Part shown: positions 58,915 to 64,000 of the stretch, in pieces | How positions within the stretch are numbered: position 1 is the stretch's first letter | Layout: each line of letters begins with the position of its first letter | Virus record (IMG/VR): IMGVR_UViG_3300027782_003801 | Origin: an uncultured virus (IMG/VR IMGVR_UViG_3300027782_003801) | Taxonomy: Duplodnaviria > Heunggongvirae > Uroviricota > Caudoviricetes | Length of the DNA: 64,000 nucleotides | Reading direction: 5' to 3' (one strand) | Notes under the pieces: model-generated | What the model saw: only the letters and a program-made list of their open reading frames with translations | Database searches by the model: none | What the model was told of the DNA's origin: nothing | Made by a program: the position numbers and the translations under genes

Positions 58915-59034
58915 GTTATATAAATAGTTCTTTGCCAAACAATATTCGAGTCGGTCTTCCTGATCAGTGTCGTCTTTAAACAATAAACCCCCCACAATAG
59001 TGGAGGGTCTACTATCGTTCTTATAATCTACAGG

Positions 59035-59211
59035 TTATGCAGATAATAAAGTATTTCTGTAAGTAATCGCTGTTCTCTTGTTAGAGAAGTTCTTACTGTG
59101 TTTTGTTCCTTCTACAGATACACGAACACGGTAGCTGTTACCGTCGAAGTATACATTGTTAGATACAGGAACATAAGTTGTCTTGGTAGAACGAGATTTG
59201 GTTGTTTTCAT
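59035..59211 (-). CDS. 58-aa AP2/Arm-like DNA-binding protein
   Basis: Manual translation ...NVYFDGNSYRVRVSVEGTKHSKNFSNKRTAITYRN. Confidence 0.6.
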   Translation of the reverse strand: MKTTKSRSTKTTYVPVSNNVYFDGNSYRVRVSVEGTKHSKNFSNKRTAITYRNTLLSA

Positions 59212-59339
59212 TTTTACTGAATTTTAATTTAACATTATTGTTTATAAAATATAAACCATTAATTCGGTAAAAAAAAATAAATGGCAACTTATTTTTCGTT
59301 TTGTCAGAACTGGTGTTGCCAAACAACATTCACAGTGGA

Positions 59340-59480
59340 TCAGGACTCGAACTTCTTGTCAATCCATTTATACCACTCCTCACCGTACTTCTGTTCCATA
59401 TGGTTGAAGTACCTGTAATGTTTTCTCTCGTTGTAGAGGAAATACACGAAGTAATAATCTATGTACCACTCCAACTTCAT
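59340..59480 (-). CDS. Hypothetical protein (46 aa)
   Basis: Manual translation MKLEWYIDYYFVYFLYNERKH... Confidence 0.6.
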   Translation of the reverse strand: MKLEWYIDYYFVYFLYNERKHYRYFNHMEQKYGEEWYKWIDKKFES

Positions 59481-59481
59481 T

Positions 59482-59670
59482 TTAAATCTTTTCATGGTAT
59501 TCTATTTCAATGTTAACACTGTCTAAGTTGAATTCGTCGTAGAACTTCTCCAAGATATCAATCTTAGCATCTGCTGAAATGTATAGGATTAGTCCCATAT
59601 CCTTCTTTCGTTGAATCTTAGAGATTTGGTCCGTAACCCATAGTTTAACCATTTGGTCATTTAGTTTCAT
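59482..59670 (-). CDS. Hypothetical protein
   Basis: Start MKLNDQ; tiles the operon. Confidence 0.6.
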   Translation of the reverse strand: MKLNDQMVKLWVTDQISKIQRKKDMGLILYISADAKIDILEKFYDEFNLDSVNIEIEYHEKI

Positions 59671-59989
59671 CTTGTAGTATTTTATATTGTTTATCACCAA
59701 TAGTATCCAAGATATATGCCACCTCCACTATATCTTCCAAGTCATATGTGGATATGTCATCGAACTCATCACCATATGGTGTTACACCTGTCAAGTACTG
59801 TCCATCAGTCATTGTCCTTACAAGATACGGTACCTTAGTCATAGTTGCATCGTACTCATTATCCTCACTGATGTAAACATTAAATGGGTGGGTAAACTCT
59901 ATGGTTTCCCCGAGTTTGAATAGATTCTCTATCTCATTACAGAACTTGGTCTTCAGGTTCTTAACTTCTTCCCTTGAGTTGTAGTTCAT
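59657..59989 (-). CDS. Hypothetical protein
   Basis: ORF tiles the operon. Confidence 0.65.
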   Translation of the reverse strand: MNYNSREEVKNLKTKFCNEIENLFKLGETIEFTHPFNVYISEDNEYDATMTKVPYLVRTMTDGQYLTGVTPYGDEFDDISTYDLEDIVEVAYILDTIGDKQYKILQDETK

Positions 59990-60549
59990 ATTAATTCATT
60001 TAAAAATTTATTTGGAAATCTTTCCATACCAAAATCTATTGCAATTCCTACAATCTTTCCCTTGTGTTTTGCCACAAGACATCTGTATCCACCATCACCA
60101 ATACCTGATGACGATACCACACCTGTGTCATACATACCCCACGACTCGGTGGATAATGTGAATTGGCACATCTTCTCGTACCACTCATCACCATCCCTAT
60201 CTTTCACACCTAAGGTAAATGGTCTTCCATCATATGTCTTATCAGGTGTTGTAATACTTGAGGCAATGTCGTCATTCTTGAAAGAAGACATGCTGAAGAT
60301 TCCTGCTTGACCTGAATCCACCCCAACTTGACCAGGGTAATTTCTCCAAGATAATGTATCCTCCACATAATCCTCGTGGACAGTAAGTAATACAGAACAC
60401 CTGTTCCCCCAATTAGGGTCCTCAGTTTTTCTCACGGTAGTTATGTAACCACCAGGTAATACATCCTTTAGTTTTACTTGACACCAAGTTTCGTCCGAGT
60501 AGCAAGGGTCACTGACCATCACATCACTCTCAAGTGTAATACGGTTCAT
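59986..60549 (-). CDS. DUF4241-like protein
   Basis: VSDPCY, GVDSGQAGIF, SSGIGDGGY. Confidence 0.7.
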   Translation of the reverse strand: MNRITLESDVMVSDPCYSDETWCQVKLKDVLPGGYITTVRKTEDPNWGNRCSVLLTVHEDYVEDTLSWRNYPGQVGVDSGQAGIFSMSSFKNDDIASSITTPDKTYDGRPFTLGVKDRDGDEWYEKMCQFTLSTESWGMYDTGVVSSSGIGDGGYRCLVAKHKGKIVGIAIDFGMERFPNKFLNELI

Positions 60550-60600
60550 AGTTTATAAGTTTAGGGTTTAAAGTTATGACATAGTTATGATATCACAAAA

Positions 60601-61101
60601 TTATTTGGAATATATTCTTTTATAGTTATTAACATTTTCTACAATCTCTGTTAACATTACAGCGGATACCTTGTCATACGCCCTCAACATAAACAATTGA
60701 TTGCCAGACAACATTGCGAGATCTGCTGTCCCATCTTGGAAGTATAAATCTATTGGGTCTATTAGAACTCTAACTTCATTGATATCATTATCGGACCTAA
60801 AGAAAGGACAACGACCATACACATATGTATCTCTTACAGTGTAGAGTTTGATAGTGTCCTTCATGTTAGTTAAGGCTCTAATCTGCATAATGATTACTTC
60901 TAATTCAGACAACTGTTGAAAGTCCACCTTGTGTTTAGAAACTTTATTACTGTACTCTGTTACAAAATCTGCCAGACAATATCCACCTGGCTGATCAGAT
61001 CCGTGACTCCTTGTTATGAACTGGTCGTAAGTACTTCTTTCTTTAGAGGTACCTACAATGTTTACGAATACTCCTTCCGTGGTTTTATTTAACCTACCCA
61101 T
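60601..61101 (-). CDS. Hypothetical protein
   Basis: ORF; contains two copies of the 14-bp motif. Confidence 0.7.
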   Translation of the reverse strand: MGRLNKTTEGVFVNIVGTSKERSTYDQFITRSHGSDQPGGYCLADFVTEYSNKVSKHKVDFQQLSELEVIIMQIRALTNMKDTIKLYTVRDTYVYGRCPFFRSDNDINEVRVLIDPIDLYFQDGTADLAMLSGNQLFMLRAYDKVSAVMLTEIVENVNNYKRIYSK

Positions 61102-61316
61102 TATAGTATATTTAAATTGTTAATAAATTTGCCAAACAATATCGACCAGGATGATCTCTGTGGTTGTCCAAGAAAAACTCTGGTGTTAAACACATTGCCT
61201 CCATAATATGGAGTTGGTTTGTTGTAGTGACTTGCCACACCAAATTGGCGGAACCATTCGTCCTGAGGAGGTTGTTTTTCAGGATATGTTGTCTTACATA
61301 CTCTTTCTTTAGTCAT
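61101..61316 (-). CDS. Hypothetical protein
   Basis: Coupled ORF. Confidence 0.55.
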   Translation of the reverse strand: MTKERVCKTTYPEKQPPQDEWFRQFGVASHYNKPTPYYGGNVFNTRVFLGQPQRSSWSILFGKFINNLNIL

Positions 61317-61965
61317 TTAATTCTTCTTTAAGTTGTTTAATAATTGTTTCTTTATCTTCATCCGTTACGAAACCGAAGTTCTCGTTTACATATTCTACTA
61401 TTTTAACTTCATCTATTGTTTCATCCTCATCTTCTTCATCATCAGATGTTATTTCATCACGAGCTGAATCAATCATAGATTCAAGCTCCGAATTCCAAAA
61501 CAACTCCTTGTCCAACAAATAAATGCCCTCCAAATAAGGATACTCACTATCATCAACCATTGTGAATCCATCTTCATCACGATAGATTTTGGTTTCACCA
61601 CTGAACCCTATACCACCTTCACTATAGAAGATGTAAGCTTCAATACCATCATACTGCTTAACCAAGTTGGTTAGAAATTCTATGGGAGGACTCCAAGCTG
61701 TATCAGGATATAATCTGATTTCAGTTTCATCATAATCCATATTACAATCACTATATGACACATCCCATTTAGTCCCGAACCAACTTACATTGGTATTGTA
61801 CCAATCCTTATCATAATCGGCTTTAGTCATATGGTCAGGATATCCAATAAGGGATTGGAATACTCTGTCTTCACCATCTTTAGTATTTTCAATAACCCTT
61901 ACTAAAGTAGCTATAATTTTTTCATCTCCATTAATTCTAATGGAATTGTTACACCAGTTTGGCAT
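61309..61965 (-). CDS. YubB/DUF1281 ferredoxin-like domain protein
   Basis: MPNWCNN, WFGTKWD, TAWSPP, Y.EGG..F.G. Confidence 0.75.
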   Translation of the reverse strand: MPNWCNNSIRINGDEKIIATLVRVIENTKDGEDRVFQSLIGYPDHMTKADYDKDWYNTNVSWFGTKWDVSYSDCNMDYDETEIRLYPDTAWSPPIEFLTNLVKQYDGIEAYIFYSEGGIGFSGETKIYRDEDGFTMVDDSEYPYLEGIYLLDKELFWNSELESMIDSARDEITSDDEEDEDETIDEVKIVEYVNENFGFVTDEDKETIIKQLKEELND

Positions 61966-61983
61966 GATATATAATTTAATTGA

Positions 61984-62445
61984 TTACCAAGATGAACGAT
62001 AGTAAAAAGAAGCACCTTTATTATCTTCTTCTAATAAATCTTTAAGTTGAATAATAGTAGATTTAACTTCTTCCCAATAGTATTCGTCAATTTCATCACT
62101 ACCGAAGAAGAAACCCTGTGCTGTTGGCAGTATAGTTTCTGCAGTGTCTTTATTATCATAGACATATGTTAATGTTTCCAATAACATCTTCAGGTCTGAT
62201 TCATCTACAAAACATTCTTTACAATCATCCACACCCTCTTGTACATTATCGACGAACCATTTGTGAAGAGCATTAAACTTTCTCCACTCCATCACCTGTT
62301 CCATAACATAACAAATTCTGTCAGGTTTAATGTGGTCTAATTTCTTTTTACCTTTCTTAACAGAGATGGTGTGTCTTTCATTATCAGACATCCAATCCCA
62401 ATTCTTAACATAGTGTTTCTTGTAGAGATACATATCTAATCCCAT
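61984..62445 (-). CDS. Conserved-looking phage protein (MGLDMYL family)
   Basis: MGLDMYL, WRKFNALHKWF, LPT..GFFFG, YYRSSW. Confidence 0.75.
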   Translation of the reverse strand: MGLDMYLYKKHYVKNWDWMSDNERHTISVKKGKKKLDHIKPDRICYVMEQVMEWRKFNALHKWFVDNVQEGVDDCKECFVDESDLKMLLETLTYVYDNKDTAETILPTAQGFFFGSDEIDEYYWEEVKSTIIQLKDLLEEDNKGASFYYRSSW

Positions 62446-62667
62446 AGTTGTAAGTTTTAGGATACAAAGATAATGAATATTCTTTTATAACGCCAAATTA
62501 TTTAAAGCTTTTTTTATAAAAAAACATGCGCGCAGATCAGGTGGATATTGTTTGGCAAATTCTGTTATTGATTATCAATGAGTTATGTTTTGCCAAACAA
62601 CATCGTTGCTGCGCGCAGATCTGCAGCATGCTATGCGAAACAAGTATTACATGCGAAACAACATAGC

Positions 62668-62699
62668 AAAAAAATCCCCCGTACTTCTACGAGGGATTG
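62668..62699 (-). terminator. Intrinsic terminator
   Basis: aatccctcgta/tacgggggatt stem followed by T-run on minus strand. Confidence 0.65.
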
Positions 62700-62725
62700 A
62701 ACTAAACTTACTAACCCACATCCAT

Positions 62726-62905
62726 TTATTTTTTACAAACTAAATCACTCAATAGTCGAGAACTACCTTTGATTATTATTGTTTCTTTCATTGCTTCGTC
62801 AATCGTTGTAATACCCTTCTTGTGTAGTTTGAAATCAGTACCATTGTTGGTGTACCAAATTTCATACGTTTTGTTGTTTGAAGACAACTTAATAGTGGTC
62901 GTCAT
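62726..62905 (-). CDS. Hypothetical protein
   Basis: Start MTTTIK. Confidence 0.55.
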   Translation of the reverse strand: MTTTIKLSSNNKTYEIWYTNNGTDFKLHKKGITTIDEAMKETIIIKGSSRLLSDLVCKK

Positions 62906-63024
62906 AGTTTTACGGATTTGTTGAAATGCTAAAGTAATACAAAAAACAATACAAACCAACAAATTTATTTTTATTTATTTTTGCCAGACAATATCCGTCA
63001 GGGGCCCACAGGTATTACACCAAA

Positions 63025-63054
63025 TAAAAATGGGTATCATTTCTGATACCCATC
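63025..63054 (-). terminator. Intrinsic terminator
   Basis: atgggtatca/tgatacccat stem followed by T-run on minus strand. Confidence 0.7.
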
Positions 63055-63119
63055 GTATAACAAACACTCTCCATATAAACACTATATAATATACCGAATA
63101 TTTTGGATATAAACAAATA

Positions 63120-63416
63120 TTACCAACCATCTACTTCATTTGGATTGGTTGAGAGAGTATTATTCAATACTTGTATCATCTCACCCACTTTATCCATATA
63201 ATAAATCTCGGCTGTGGGTTCATTACCATTCTCACTTGGTTGTAATACTTCATTTAAACCATCAATTTCTTCCCAACCAATATCCTCCAGGTCCCCTCTG
63301 TCATACATTTCTTTAGCAATCTTGACAGCTTCGTTTAAATCGTTAGCCTTTACCTCAAACTCGGTTTTCATCCATGTTGTTACCTTTTGGTCAAGGCGAA
63401 AGTCAAATGTTTTCAT
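63120..63416 (-). CDS. Hypothetical protein
   Basis: FEVKANDLNEA motif; ORF. Confidence 0.7.
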   Translation of the reverse strand: MKTFDFRLDQKVTTWMKTEFEVKANDLNEAVKIAKEMYDRGDLEDIGWEEIDGLNEVLQPSENGNEPTAEIYYMDKVGEMIQVLNNTLSTNPNEVDGW

Positions 63417-63427
63417 ATTGTTTTATT

Positions 63428-63610
63428 TTAAAATTTACCTACGTGTTTTCCCCTATGAGCCCCGTATTTCTTTTCAAATTTCATGATGGCTTCACGAGGC
63501 GTGTGCATCCAATACGTCTCCTCGTTCCCTTTTTTATTCCATATATTAATCACCAAACCATCTTGGTTAAAGTGCATAAGTGGAGGTTCTTTTTTCATAA
63601 CTTTTTTCAT
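63428..63610 (-). CDS. Hypothetical protein
   Basis: ORF tiles the operon. Confidence 0.55.
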   Translation of the reverse strand: MKKVMKKEPPLMHFNQDGLVINIWNKKGNEETYWMHTPREAIMKFEKKYGAHRGKHVGKF

Positions 63611-63611
63611 A

Positions 63612-63866
63612 TTATCTCCGATTTTTATTTATCTCCACAAGACGTTCCCAACTCCAAGTTATTTTTTTCTTTCGTCTGTTCATCGTCATTATCACAAACA
63701 CATCTTCTCTATCACCAGTACCCACACCTTCCCACCATTTTGACGGAACGATTTCAAGATAGATTTCAATACCATCATTTATTTCTTTATCAGTAAAATT
63801 ACTATTAAAATATTTTACATACTCAAAGAACTCATCTCTTTTCTTTTTTGAAATTTTCTTTTCCAT
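63612..63866 (-). CDS. Hypothetical protein
   Basis: ORF tiles the operon. Confidence 0.65.
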   Translation of the reverse strand: MEKKISKKKRDEFFEYVKYFNSNFTDKEINDGIEIYLEIVPSKWWEGVGTGDREDVFVIMTMNRRKKKITWSWERLVEINKNRR

Positions 63867-63869
63867 AAC

Positions 63870-64000
63870 TTAATATTTACTTCTAATACCCCTTCTACGA
63901 TATAAGTCGTCGTACGGGTTAATATTTGGTTTAAGTGATTCATTGATTAATGTAATGTCAGCTTCAGATATTTCATCCACAAACTTCTTATCAAGGTCAT
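63870..64000 (-). CDS. 3' end of a hypothetical protein (partial)
   Basis: Open frame ...DLDKKFVDEISEAD...RSKY*. Confidence 0.5.
   Translation of the reverse strand, partial: DLDKKFVDEISEADITLINESLKPNINPYDDLYRRRGIRSKY

Larger units (their letters stand above)
57907..62994 (+). repeat. Dispersed 14-bp motif TTGCCA[AG]ACAA[TC]AT, 11 copies
   Basis: 57907, 57968, 58644, 58932, 59316, 60701, 60969, 61129, 62590, 62981 (+) and 62545 (-); two copies have 1-2 mismatches. Confidence 0.85.

Noticed and set aside
63120..63416. MKTFDFRL as a tag member
   Set aside because: Lacks the second hydrophobic pair; too weak
1..64000. Stop-codon reassignment (TAG or TGA), as in some large phages
   Set aside because: Long recognisable genes are intact in the standard code, and TAG/TGA occur at plausible gene ends
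1..64000. tRNA, rRNA or CRISPR array
   Set aside because: No cloverleaf signatures or regularly spaced identical repeats of 25-40 nt seen by eye; a tRNAscan run would be needed to be sure

Overview
A 64 kb AT-rich, gene-dense segment of a large (probably jumbo, T4-like) dsDNA phage genome, read with the standard genetic code. I saw no tRNA, rRNA or CRISPR array. Many short-leader genes carry the Bacteroidota housekeeping promoter (TTTG..N..TAnnTTTG), which points to a Bacteroidota host. A second upstream motif, TATTTAT(A), marks a putative late or virion gene class. Content: a large sugar-nucleotide, glycosyltransferase and SGNH glycan-modification set (1-12.7 kb and 33-56 kb), three DNA methyltransferases, two PcfJ-like proteins, an Fe-S module (iscU-ferredoxin-iscA plus a second ferredoxin), a stand-alone DnaA domain IV, cell-wall hydrolases, an LpxH2/PlcP-like phosphoesterase paired with a GT2, and many small hypothetical ORFs. 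Most striking unexplained structure: (1) at least 14 otherwise unrelated small proteins share a terminal peptide tag x-F-[KRV]-[FL]-[FL]-x-(G), fused to cargos that include major-capsid-protein fragments and RMF-like domains; (2) a polar 14-bp DNA motif TTGCCA[AG]ACAA[TC]AT is repeated 11 times only in 57.9-63.0 kb, usually followed by GATC and other restriction-type palindromes; (3) a ~900-bp hairpin- and iteron-rich non-coding node sits where the two transcription directions converge; (4) a four-repeat polyprotein is punctuated by (L/I/V)NE motifs resembling prohead-protease sites. All product calls are from motif recognition by eye; no database searches were run.
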